This document shows positions 38,478 to 50,101 of a DNA stretch of 64,000 bases, one piece after another. The position numbers were made by a program, and so were the translations under genes. This DNA comes from Haliotis cracherodii (taxonomy: Eukaryota), in assembly GCF_022045235.1 (NCBI RefSeq), contig NW_027266272.1, positions 13,268,001-13,332,000 of the forward strand, written 5' to 3'. The notes under the pieces are model-generated. The model was not told the origin of the DNA and searched no databases. It worked only from the letters and a program-made list of their open reading frames with translations. The number at the start of each line of letters is the position of its first letter. Position 1 is the stretch's first letter.

Positions 38478-38788
38478 CAGGGGAAGATCCTGTTTCTGAT
38501 GAACATGAAGTCTGTACTGTCAATGTACAGGGAAAGATCCCGTTTCTGGTGAACACGAAGACTGTACTGTCAATGTACAGGGAGAGATCCTGTTTCTGGT
38601 GAACACGAAGACTGTACTGTCAATGCACAGGGAGAGATCCTGTTTCTGATGAACACGAAGTCCGTACTGCCAATGTCCAGGGAAAGATCCTGTTTCTGAT
38701 GAACACGAAGTCCGTACTGCCAATGTACAGGGAGAGATCCTGTTTCTGATGAACACGAAGTCCGTACTGCCAATGTCCAGGGAGAGAT
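38478..38788. repeat. 50-bp minisatellite, about 6 copies, just upstream of receptor copy A
   Basis: caatgtacagggagagatcctgtttctg(a/g)tgaacacgaag.c.gtactg(t/c). Confidence 0.95.
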
Positions 38789-39518
38789 GCTGTCGTCTAG
38801 CCACACACCAGGAGTGCTGCAATGCCTAATGTCGTCGTTTTTTTCATACGCGGGTATTAAATAAAAGCTGCAGGGGACAATGAGTTTCGTCAATGAATTG
38901 CCACGTGCGCCTTTTATTTGCCTTGATCTGTAGAGAACAATGGACAAAACAGGAGCCAACACGGGCGACAATGACTATTGTTTATTCGCCATTAGAGAAA
39001 GTTTACTGGCGATGTATTGGGCATCAATTGTTTTACGGACACATAATTACAGATTGTTTTCAACAGGAAGCATTCACATTCTAGAAGCACTATGACAACA
39101 AAACGGTTCCTTTAGTCAAATAATAATTTGAATAGAAGATGTTTAAATAAAATGTTAATAGTTAATGTTTTTTAGTGTAGAAGTACTAAAGACGTTCATC
39201 ATCAGAGGAGTTTGGTTAGAACCTTTCGGGTACATTTTACCGTGTTATACAAACGATGGAATTGGCAAACATCATTGTTCGGAGTTATACAGCACGTGTA
39301 GGCGTCACGTTGGCAGCAATGTGAGGCTATTTGATGTCAGTTACCACGTGCAGCAGAGTGGAATATGTGATATAATTACACTATGGCGTGTCAGCTTATG
39401 TTGGACGAAAGCCCCAAGGACGCATGTCCTCAACGTTTATCACTTACGTAAATTCACGCGCTCGGGTATGAACTACCCCCGAGGATCGAGTGGTCAGGCT
39501 CGGCGACGTGGCTGAAAG

Positions 39519-39764
39519 CTTTGTTTGTTTGTTTGTTTGTTGGGTTGTTTTACGCCGCACTCAGCAATATGACGGCGGTCTGTAAATAATCGAGTTTGGA
39601 CCAGACAATCCAGTGATTAACATCATGAGCATCGATTGGGATTGGGATTGATGACAGCGAGCCTAACCACCCGAAACCCGTTTGTCACCTCTTACAACAT
39701 ACAGTCGCCTTTTACGGCAAGCATGGGTTGCTGGGGACCTACTCTACCCCGGAACTAACGGGCC
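39519..39764 (-). mobile_element. SINE family 2
   Basis: Reverse-complement consensus match. Confidence 0.85.
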
Positions 39765-39872
39765 TGAAAGCTTGGTATTGTATCCCGACGGCGAGGATCG
39801 TTGATCACACTGTCAGTGAGCTTTTTAGTCTGTTCCAGAACCGATTAGTTACAAGTCATCGTCGTAGAGCTG

Positions 39873-39985
39873 AAACATCAACAACAACAAAGTGCAACAT
39901 CAACAACAACAAAGTGCAACATCAACAACAACAAAGTGCAACAACAACAACACCAACAAAGAGAAACAAACAACATCAACAAAGA
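39873..39985. repeat. (CAA)-rich short tandem repeat
   Basis: aacatcaacaacaacaaagtgc x3. Confidence 0.85.
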
Positions 39986-40620
39986 AGACACGTCACGTAT
40001 CACTCAAATGTCTACACTGTCTAGTTTTACACTGGATATGTAGTTGCTAAGTATTAAGCGATATGATATTTTGAAATATTTTAAACAAACTGATGAAAAA
40101 TTCCTTGTCCTTTCAATAAGCAAATTTGTTTGTATCATATTTTTACGTAAAGGAACATCAGTGCTTAACGTACCAGTATGATAAACTGATTAATTTCCAT
40201 TCAGCTAAACCGTTCAAATATTCAGTTAAAACCTTGTGTTGTTGCTATTATAAAACTATATCGTAATTGGTGTATTATAGGGCGTTTGGTCACATTAGAC
40301 GGAATTAACAAATATTATGCACGTGAAACTGATGCAACTATAGGTCATTATGTAAATTATAGAGAAATAATATATCAGCCATGACACTCGAATATATGGG
40401 TTCTTGAAGTGGAATCAACGAGCCCCGATTCTCATAATGTCTCCATAATCTGATGTCGGTATTTCACTTTTGTGTATTTTTGGAAAGGTTTTTATCGGGT
40501 CATATATTTAAACTTTATGCTTTAATTAAAAAAGAATATGAGAGACTGTTCATTGATTTTAGGGTTAGATTAATGCCCCTTCGCCTCAAATGCCTATGGC
40601 ATTCTTTCATGACACATGTC

Positions 40621-40871
40621 GACCCGTGAAGATCCGGGGTAGAATAGGTCTTCAGCAATCTATTCATGCCGTAAAAGGTGACTAACGGGATCGGGTGGTC
40701 AGGCTGGTTGACTTGGTTGATGCATGTCATCGTATCCCAATTGCGTGGATCGATGCTCATGATGTCAATAACTGGATTGTCTGGTTCAGACTCGATTATT
40801 TACAGAATGCCGTCATATAGCTGTAATACTGCTGAGTGCGGCGTTAAACAACAAACAAACAAACAAACAAA
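40621..40871 (+). mobile_element. SINE family 2, full length, single-hairpin variant
   Basis: TSD tcatgacac(a/g)tgtc. Confidence 0.9.
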
Positions 40872-41368
40872 TCATGACACGTGTCGCTCTCAGTGAAAAG
40901 TGTAGATATATCAGTAACGCACCTAAACCTTTCCCTGACAACGACAGCTGTATCGGCCAAAACACCTACGCTTACAACAAAGAAACCATGGCAACGAGTC
41001 CGGAATTATACATAACGAGTACGCATATTGGCTTATCATATGTAACTCCATCTTGCTAAAACGTGGTAGAAATGAAAGGGATTCAAGTATTAAACAGACA
41101 CTGTTCTCTAGCGGTAGAGGTTTTGTAAGTCTACATCGTTCTGCTTGTAAAGCAAACACGTTTTTGTGTTAAGTGATCGCGTGATCGACGTGTGCTATTA
41201 GAGAGAGTAGTTAATAAACGATACGCTCAAGTCATATATAATTTCTCTGCACAGGCCTGAGGCGTGGAACCTTTTGCCAATAACTCCGGAGTTTGCATTA
41301 CAATGTATTCAACTGAAGTAATTTCGCGTGTCACGTACTAGTCTGCACAGTTGTACGAAAGCCTCACG

Positions 41369-41543
41369 TTGCCACTTTTGGTAGCATAGTTGTTGTTTTT
41401 CAATTTCGATTCCTTTTTCTTCATTTCGATTATTTTCATGGCATTCAAAGTTTGAAAAATCGAAAGTTCGAAAAATTACACAAATAATTGAAGTAACGAG
41501 ATATTTCGATGTAAAAAAATATAATTATGCTACCAAAGTGGCA
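41369..41543. mobile_element. small inverted-repeat element
   Basis: tgccactt(t)tggtagcata / tatgctaccaaagtggca. Confidence 0.55.
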
Positions 41544-41903
41544 CCATTATTGTTTGGGTGCAGTAGCAAACAGGTGCTTCACCTGTGTCATCGACATGGT
41601 ATGTATGGAACTTATCATGCATTATTACCTGTGTATGGATGAGTGAGTGAGTTGGGCTTAACGTCGGACTGAACAGTATTCTAGTTATATCACGACGTGT
41701 CAGCTTCATGTAAAGGAAAACCCCGAAGTGGTGCAGGTCTCAGACATTTACCGATTTGTTTAAATATGGAAACAAACTGCGAACAGTAGGATCGTTGTAA
41801 CAATTTATACATATCAAGAAGAAGTTTAACTTCGGGATTGCCCTTAGATAGTAGTTAAAGAACAGAGGATCAAATGATTTTACTTCTGTAACAGTTCTTT
41901 TTA

Positions 41904-44900
41904 TCTATACCCACTGACAACACAATCTTCTCCACTGTGTGACATGTGGTTCTATACCTAATGACAACACTATCTTCTCCACTGACTGTGTGACATGTGG
42001 TTCTGTACCCACTGACAACACTATCTTCTCCACTGATTGATTGACGTGAGGTTCTATACCTAATGACAACACTATCTTCTGCACTGACTTTGTGACGTGT
42101 GGTTCTATACCCACTGACAACACTATCTACTGCACTGACTGTGTGACGTGTGGTTCTATACCCACTGACAACACTATCTTCTCCACTATGTGACATGTGG
42201 TTCTATACCCACTGACAACACTATTTTCTCCACTGACTGTGTGACGTGAGGTTCTATACCCACTGACAACACTATCTACTGCACTGACTGTGTGACGTGT
42301 GGTTCTATACCCACTGACAACACTATCTACTGCACTGACTGTGTGACATGTGGTTCTATACCCACTGACAACACTATCTACTGCACTGACTGTGTGACGT
42401 GTGGTTCTATACCCACTGACAACACTATCTTCTCCACTGACTGTGTGACGCGAGGTTCTATACCCAATGATAACACTATCTACTGCACTGACTGTGTGAC
42501 GTGTGGTTCTATACCCACTGACAACACTATATTCTCCACTGATTGTGTGACGTGTGGTTCTATACCCCCTGACAACACTATCTTCTCCACTGACTGTGTG
42601 ACGTGTGGTTCTATACCCACTGACAACACTATCTACTGCACTGACTGTGTGACGTGTGGTTCTATACCCACTGATAACACTATATTCTCCACTGATTGTG
42701 TGACGTGTGGTTCTATACCCACTGACAACACTATCTTCTCCACTGACTGTGTGACATGTGGTTCTATACCCACTGACAACACTATCTACTGCACTGACTG
42801 TGTGACGTGTGGTTCTATACCCACTGACAACACTATCTACTGCACTGACTATGTGACGTGAGGTTCTATACCCACTGACAACACTATCTTCCCCACTGAC
42901 TGTGTGAGGTGTGGTTCTATACCCACTGACAACACTATCTTCTGCACTGACTGTGTGACGTGTGGTTCTATACCCACTGACAAAACTATCTTCTCCACTA
43001 TGTGACGTGTGGTTCTATACCCACTGACAACACTATCTTCTCCACTGACTGTGCGAGGTGTGGTTCTATACCCACTGACAACACTATCTTCAGCACTGAC
43101 TGTGTGACGTGAGGTTCTATACCCACTCACAACACTATCTTCTCCACTGACTGTGTGACGTGTGGTTCTATACCCACTGACAACACTATCTTCTCCACTG
43201 ACTGTGTGACGTGTGGTTCTATACCCACTGACAACACTATCTACTGCACTGACTGTGTGACGTGTGGTTCTATACCCACTGACAACACTATCTACTGCAC
43301 TGACTGTGTGACGTGAGGTTCTATACCCACTGACAACACTATCTTCTCCACTGACTGTGTGACATGTGGTTCTATACCCACTGACAACACTATCTACTGC
43401 ACTGACTGTGTGACGTGTGGTTCTATACCCACTGACAACACTATCTTCTCCACTGACTGTGTGACGCGAGGTTCTATACCCACTGACAACACTATCTACT
43501 GCACTGACTGTGTGACGTGTGGTTCTATACCCACTGACAACACTATATTCTCCACTGATTGTGTGACGTGTGGTTCTATACCCACTGACAACACTATCTT
43601 CTCCACTGACTGTGTGACGTGTGGTTCTATACCCACTGACAACACTATCTACTGCACTGACTGTGTGACGTGTGGTTCTATACCCACTGACAACACTATC
43701 TACTGCACTGACTGTGTGACGTGTGGTTCTATACCCACTGACAAAACTATCTTCTCCACTATGTGACGTGTGGTTCTATACCCACTGACAACACTATCTT
43801 CTCCACTGACTGTGCGAGGTGTGGTTCTATACCCACTGACAACACTATCTTCTCCACTGACTGTGTGACGTGTGGTAATATACCCACTGACAACACTATC
43901 TTCTGCACTGATTGTGTGACGTGTGGTTCTATACCCACTGACAAAACTATCTTCTCCACTATGTGACGTGTGGTTCTATACCCACTGACAACACTATCTT
44001 CTCCACTGACTGTGCGAGGTGTGGTTCTATACCCACTGACAACACTATCTTCTCCACTGATTGTGTGACGTGAGGTTCTATACCCACTGACAACACTATA
44101 TTCTCCACTATGTGACATGTGGTTCTATACCCACTGACAACACTATCTACTGCACTGACTGTGTGACGTGTGGTTCTATACCATCTCACAACACTATCTT
44201 CTCCACTGACTGTGTGAGGTGTGGTTCTATACCCACTGACAACACTATCTTCTCCACTGATTGTGTGACGTGTGGTTCTATACCCACTGACAACACTATC
44301 TACTGCACTGACTGTGTGACGTGTGGTTCTATACCCACTGACAACACTATCTACTGCACTGACTGTGTGACGTGTGGTTCTATACCCACTGACAACACTA
44401 TCTTCAGCACTGACTGTGTGACATGAGGTTCTATACCCACTCACAACACTATCTTCTGCACTGACTGTGTGACGTGTGGTTCTATACCAACTGACAACAC
44501 TATCTTCTCCACTGATTGTGTGACGTGAGGTTCTATACCCACTGACAACACTATATTCTCCACTATGTGACATGTGGTTCTATACCCACTGACAACACTA
44601 TCTACTGCACTGACTGTGTGACGTGTGGTTCTATACCATCTCACAACACTATCTTCTCCACTGACTGTGTGAGGTGTGGTTCTATACCCACTGACAACAC
44701 TATCTTCTCCACTGATTGTGTGACGTGAGGTTCTATACCCACTGACAACACTATATTCTCCACTGACTGTGTGACGTGTGGTTCTATACCCCCTGACAAC
44801 ACTATCTTCTCCACTGACTGTGTGACGTGTGGTTCTATACCCACTGACAACACTATCTTCTCCACTGATTGTGTGACGTGTGGTTCTATACCCACTGACA

Positions 44901-45500
44901 ACACTATCTTCTCCACTGACTATGTGACATGTGGTTCTATACCCACTGACAACACTATCTACTGCACTGACTGTGTGACGTGTGGTTCTATACCATCTCA
45001 CAACACTATCTTCTCCACTGACTGTGTGACGTGTGGTTCTATACCCACTGACAACACTATCTTCTCCACTGATTGTGTGACGTGAGGTTCTATACCCACT
45101 GACAACACTATATTCTCCACTGACTGTGTGACGTGTGGTTCTATACCCACTGACAACACTATTTTCTCCACTGATTGTGTGAAGTGAGGTTCTATACCCA
45201 CTGACAACACTATCTTCTCCACTGACTGTGTGACGTGAAGTTCTATACCCACTGACAACACTGGGTATAGAACCTCACGATCTTCTCCACTGTGTGACAT
45301 GTGGTTCTGTACCAACTGAAAACACTATGTTCTCTTCTGACTGTGTGACGTGTGGTTCTATATCCAATGATAACACTATCTTCTGCACTGACTGTGTGAC
45401 GTAAGGTTCTATACCCACTAAAACGCTATCTTCTGCACTGACTGTGTGACGTGAGGTTCTATACCCACTGACAACACGATATTCTCCGCTGACCGTGTGA
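41904..45500. repeat. 51-bp satellite (about 70 copies, with 47-bp variants) between the two intact receptor genes
   Basis: gtgtgacgtgtggttctatacccactgacaacactatcttctccactgact. Confidence 0.98.
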
Positions 45501-45957
45501 ATATTGCTCTTTGGCTTATCGCAATACTTACTAATAAATCCATTCCTTGTGGCAAAAGAACAGGCAGTACAGAAAGTATTTACTACATTGCTTAAGTGTC
45601 AAAATGTCAAATTACAAATTGTGAATGTATAATGTGAAATGATATACTCAGTTGAAAATACTGACATTAGTGAATGGCCAGCAAGTCACAATACTACAAA
45701 AAACAACTTCTAGACATTCAATCAAACTGAGACGACATATCTTATACTGAATACATATACACTACACACGATCACACGTTGGTATTCAGAGTACTTGGAA
45801 CACGTGCAGCAATCGAGTTCAGACAGAAAAACAGTTTTAAAGCATACGTGGCTTTTAGTATCGTGTTCACAGTGGTCTTCGTCATAATATCGTATTGATG
45901 TAAGCATATTTTACAAAGTATTTACATCACATAAAGTACCAAAAGTTGTCATTTGGG

Positions 45958-46325
45958 CATTATTATTATTATCATTTACAGATTAACATAAAAAAATGCA
46001 GCAAAGAGGGTTTGGGTGATCCTGGCACAGACAGACTGGTTAGGCTCATCACCAGCTCAGGGCCCTTGCCCCTCTACAAGCATCCCAGACAGCGAATGTG
46101 ACTCCTCCCAGGAAGCGCTGCCTAAAGAAACCCACCAAGAACTTTTCGAAGAATGTGAAGACTCCCCAACACTGCAGCTTTCTGCATTAACCAGATTGTC
46201 AGAAGGGATGTATTCCTGGTAGCAAACCCGTGTTCTCTCCCAATGTCAATAAAATAATCGGGATGTTCCAAATCTAAGGCACTGAGAACAATGGGGAGTT
46301 GGGCAACTTGATAATCGAGATGCAA
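45958..46325 (-). mobile_element. 3' fragment of an RLE-type (R4/Dong-like) non-LTR retrotransposon
   Basis: PIVLSAL...MQKAAVLGSLHILRKVL* resembles the restriction-like endonuclease C-terminus; ends in (TAA)n. Confidence 0.7.
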
Positions 46326-46512
46326 GCGTTACATTTCGAAAGCGGGGTCTGCATATTTGCCATGTTTTTCCTGAATCTTGTCAATCACATTAGTGTCCAA
46401 AGGGACAAAAGATTCAGACATATTATTATTAAAATCTGGCCACCAGCCACTGTATAATGAAATGTTGAAAACAAAACGTTTATCACAATACCACAGTGAC
46501 TGGTATGTTATG

Positions 46513-47646
46513 CTATATACGAAACACAAGTATTGAGAGTGCGGCCATCAACACAAACAGGACAAACATAATTTTATCGAGTCTGTCTGCTGCTTCATCG
46601 TTCTTGATATCATCGCCTCTCTCCAATGGACTTGTGCTTTGAACTGCGATCTTCTTACGGAGGCGACAAAGCAACGCTCCCTGTCGGTGGTGAGTGTTTA
46701 TGACCAGGAGAGTGGCGAGCAGAGCCAGGGCGCTCTGTGACAGAAGCAGAACCAGATAGATGGTGAGGCGGGAGGCAATGCCGGACTTGGGGATAGCGTC
46801 ATTGATGTAGTTGAGGAACACTGCTTCGGACACGAAGATGGAGACGAGGAAGGAGACCTTCTCCCCCGAGGCCGCGGGCAGCAGGAATACACAGGCGTTG
46901 AGGAAGGAGAGAAGACACATTGGAAAGATGACGCTTAGGGTGTAGAAGATGCTGTGACGCCGTAGTCGGAATTCGAGATCAACGTACGGAATACGGTCAG
47001 CGACTCGTTTAACGCTAATGGTTTTGTTAACCAAATCCCATTCACTGCTACCAGTAAAGTATGTAGAAAAAATGTTGGTATATTCTTGATTTCCCAGTCC
47101 AAAATCTGAGGAGTTTAACAAACTGATAACAGTTATGCGACACACCTGTTCATCATAAGGATACCGTACCACATCCAAATTACAAATTGTCTCAAATTCA
47201 TTAATCATGAACATGATTGCCGTGCCAGAATGGTCAACGGAGATGGGCACACTTGCGGACAAAGAGGAAATCTTGCTACCTACACCGTTTGCAATCACGA
47301 TCTTCGGGGTCCATATCTCCTCAGGTTCAAATTCAAGCTTTTCGATATCATTGCTCCTGTCCCATGTCAACCAAGGATCCGTCCAAGACAAAGTCAGAGC
47401 GCCACTTAAGCGGAATATCTGATTGGCTTCTTCCACGGCTATCACAGCTATGACAGCGAATGACACAGAGACCATGACCCGACTTGCCGTTCCTTTGGGC
47501 GACACCGTGGTGGAGTAGTTGTACAGGAGATCCTGCTTCAGTCGTTGCTGTCGTCGTCTCTCAGGGTCCGCTTCACCATGGCAACATCTCAACAAAAACA
47601 CCACGGACAACATCAAAGCAGCATAGTTGAATAGAACACTCTGCAT
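46513..47646 (-). CDS. divergent nAChR-like Cys-loop ligand-gated cation channel subunit, single coding exon (copy B), about 377 aa
   Basis: Paralogue of copy A: Cys-loop CNLDVVRYPYDEQVC, SGEKVS, four TM helices. Start placed at ATG 47646 (MQSVLFNYAALMLSVVFLLRCCHG) because it gives a signal peptide aligned with copy A; the ORF track extends to 47736. Confidence 0.93.
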   Translation of the reverse strand: MQSVLFNYAALMLSVVFLLRCCHGEADPERRRQQRLKQDLLYNYSTTVSPKGTASRVMVSVSFAVIAVIAVEEANQIFRLSGALTLSWTDPWLTWDRSNDIEKLEFEPEEIWTPKIVIANGVGSKISSLSASVPISVDHSGTAIMFMINEFETICNLDVVRYPYDEQVCRITVISLLNSSDFGLGNQEYTNIFSTYFTGSSEWDLVNKTISVKRVADRIPYVDLEFRLRRHSIFYTLSVIFPMCLLSFLNACVFLLPAASGEKVSFLVSIFVSEAVFLNYINDAIPKSGIASRLTIYLVLLLSQSALALLATLLVINTHHRQGALLCRLRKKIAVQSTSPLERGDDIKNDEAADRLDKIMFVLFVLMAALSILVFRI

Positions 47647-49295
47647 GTTTTCCTCAAAATCGAAATCAGAATTTTTAAACAATAAGGGCGTGATATGTTG
47701 TGGATGATCCAGATTCAATCCCCTACATGAACGCAATGTGTAAGCGTATGATACGGGTACTTGTTTTACAGTTGTCTATTCTTCAAGGTTCGAGAGTCCT
47801 ATATGCAGCACATAACACAGGTGTCTATTGCCGATGTTGGCCACCACAGCGTCGGTATAGCCAGGCTGAGGTCTCCTTCCCAGCAATGGCGTCCACAGTG
47901 GAATGTAAATCTGCAATACACACAGTAGGGTGAGTCTTTTCTCAACCCAAAGACGGAGATACACACCAGAAGGACGTTCAGAGGGACCTTCAAAACAGTT
48001 CCATCAACAAAAGACGATATTCAGTCTCATGCCAAGTAACACCTTCAAGAGAAATTCGGTCTTAATCCAAGACCGAAGCCAACACCAGGAACACTTTCAG
48101 AAGAGATACTATGTCCCCAGCATTGACCGAGGTCACACCAGAAAAACATTCAGATTCTACCTGCAAGAGACCGTGGCTAACACAGGTTCTCCCAGTTGCT
48201 CCAGCGCTGTCATTACTTCTGTCATGTAAGAGCCGACCAATTGCTTTTAAACTATATATTACAACTAAATCAATGAATTAACATTGCTCAGTTTGTAAAT
48301 GACTGGTAATACCTCAACCGCCTATCTGCTAATGGACTTGATCTGTTTCTATCTGTTGTTTCCGTTGCTAACATACCGAACACTCCGTTATGTGCTCTAC
48401 AACCAACAACTATGAAGATATAATATTTCCACATAACTGAAGAGATTTTCAATTTTTTTAATTGATCTAACTTATTTGCACAATTGCATACTGTACAATA
48501 GAAACTCCGGACCATACAACTCGATACACTTATCCTATCTCTGCAAACGCTTGTTTCTGTCACAAATCTATTATAATACATACATAATCAACGCAATGGT
48601 GTCGTTGCTAATGGGAGGGATGGGCATATTGATTTTAAATTGTGAATAGACCTCAATTTAAGATGTTTCGTGATAAGTGTAGATACAAAACCTTAATGGC
48701 CTGCGTTGTCATATTTATTACCCTCACATACTTATACAATAGATCTTATTATCTGTCACTACACGTGTATTTACACTTGCTCTGATTATAGCGACATTTT
48801 TGACACCCTTCAACAGTCGATACGTTAATTTAACACTGGCTCTCAATGTCTACAGCGTTGTGTGCTTCCAGTCGACACAGCAGAAAGCAATACAATATAA
48901 TGGATGGGCAAATATTTTAATGCTAGTATCGGATTAAAATGATAATGAATTTCTTTTAAAAAAACGATCGGAACAGATAATGTTCACTGTTTCAGGCTTG
49001 ATCTATAAGAGCACTTGGGACGGCTACATCCAAGACAGTGTTTGTTGTGTGATTGAAGCTGTTGGTTATTTCAACGATACAAACACGATGGAGGGAACGT
49101 GGCTTTCCAGCAGGGAATGGGTACCCGATATGTGAGATGGATTCAAAAACCCTCTAGCGCCAGTAGGCAGCTTGCTTGTATACTCATCAGGGAGTTGAGA
49201 ATGATAACTGCAATGCAAACCACTGGTTGGGAAACAAAAAAATCGCATTTGAGCAGATAGTATTACCTGGATACCTGCAGTATAAAAGTGTATAC

Positions 49296-49296
49296 A

Positions 49297-49334
<38 letters not shown>

Positions 49335-49399
49335 AAACCATACGTAAAGCATAGTGTACAGAGGCGGAAACATATAGCTACTTTGACCAGGGACCATAA

Positions 49400-49448
<49 letters not shown>
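49296..49448. repeat. (GAT)n and (CT)n microsatellites
   Basis: Direct reading. Confidence 0.95.
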
Positions 49449-49454
<6 letters not shown>

Positions 49455-49489
49455 AAACGTTTTCATGTTATGATCCAGGATCTAAGTTT

Positions 49490-50101
49490 CCAGAGACAAG
49501 GCTGGACCCCAGGGCGAATGCTATTGGCAAAATGTATTATTCTCTTCATAAGAAACAAATGTATTCAATATGTATCTCTTTATTACATGGTGGGGATAAT
49601 ATCAGCTTGCTTGTTATGGTCAAAGTTCTAACTCAGCCCTCCATTTCTCCAAATTGAATCTCCACCATTGGAGAATGTTTCCAACCAAAGGTTGATATAT
49701 GTCTCATAGTTCCAGAGAAGAAGTCGTTCAAAGCAATATCGCCAAAATACCCCTATTTTGCTCCACCCCTTGGGGGGTGATCAGCCCTTCCATTAGTACA
49801 ACTGTAAATTGTTGATATCTATTTCTTAGTTCCAGAGAAGAAGTCGTTCAAAGCAATATAGCCAAATTACCCCAATTTGGCCCTGCCCCTCAGCCCATTG
49901 GGGGTCAGCCACACCATTTGTACAATTTTGAATCCCCACCACCTATGGATGCTTCCAGTCAAATTTCGTTAATTTCCGATTGGTGGTTCAGAAGAAGAAG
50001 TCGTTTGAATATATTGTTAACGGACGGACGACAGACAGATGACGGACGCCATGGTATGGCATAAACTCACCTTGGTCCTTCGGACCCGGTGAGCTCAAAA
50101 A
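49490..50101 (+). mobile_element. non-autonomous Helitron/Helentron-like interspersed element
   Basis: Internal repeats gaagaagtcgtt, (ggac)n microsatellite, 3' hairpin ctcacc...ggtgag followed by an A-run. Confidence 0.6.

Noticed and set aside
38478-38788. CTGATGA...GAA in the 50-bp repeat as a tandem hammerhead ribozyme
   Set aside because: No stem II, GAAG instead of GAAA, no convincing stems I or III, and some units read CTGGTGA
41870-45315. Cys-rich ORFs (TCGSIPTDNTIFSTDCV)n resembling metallothionein or antifreeze repeats
   Set aside because: By-product of a 51-bp satellite; the frame is repeatedly broken by 47-bp units and stop codons
47647-47736. 30-aa N-terminal extension of receptor B in the ORF track
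   Set aside because: It would bury the signal peptide; ATG 47646 aligns with the start of copy A
47776-48229. GC-balanced stretch with overlapping short ORFs upstream of receptor B
   Set aside because: No recognisable homology and stops interrupt the frames; may be UTR or decayed sequence but cannot be supported
49066-49631. Poly-His, poly-Asp and RE-repeat ORFs
   Set aside because: Translations of (GAT)n and (CT)n microsatellites
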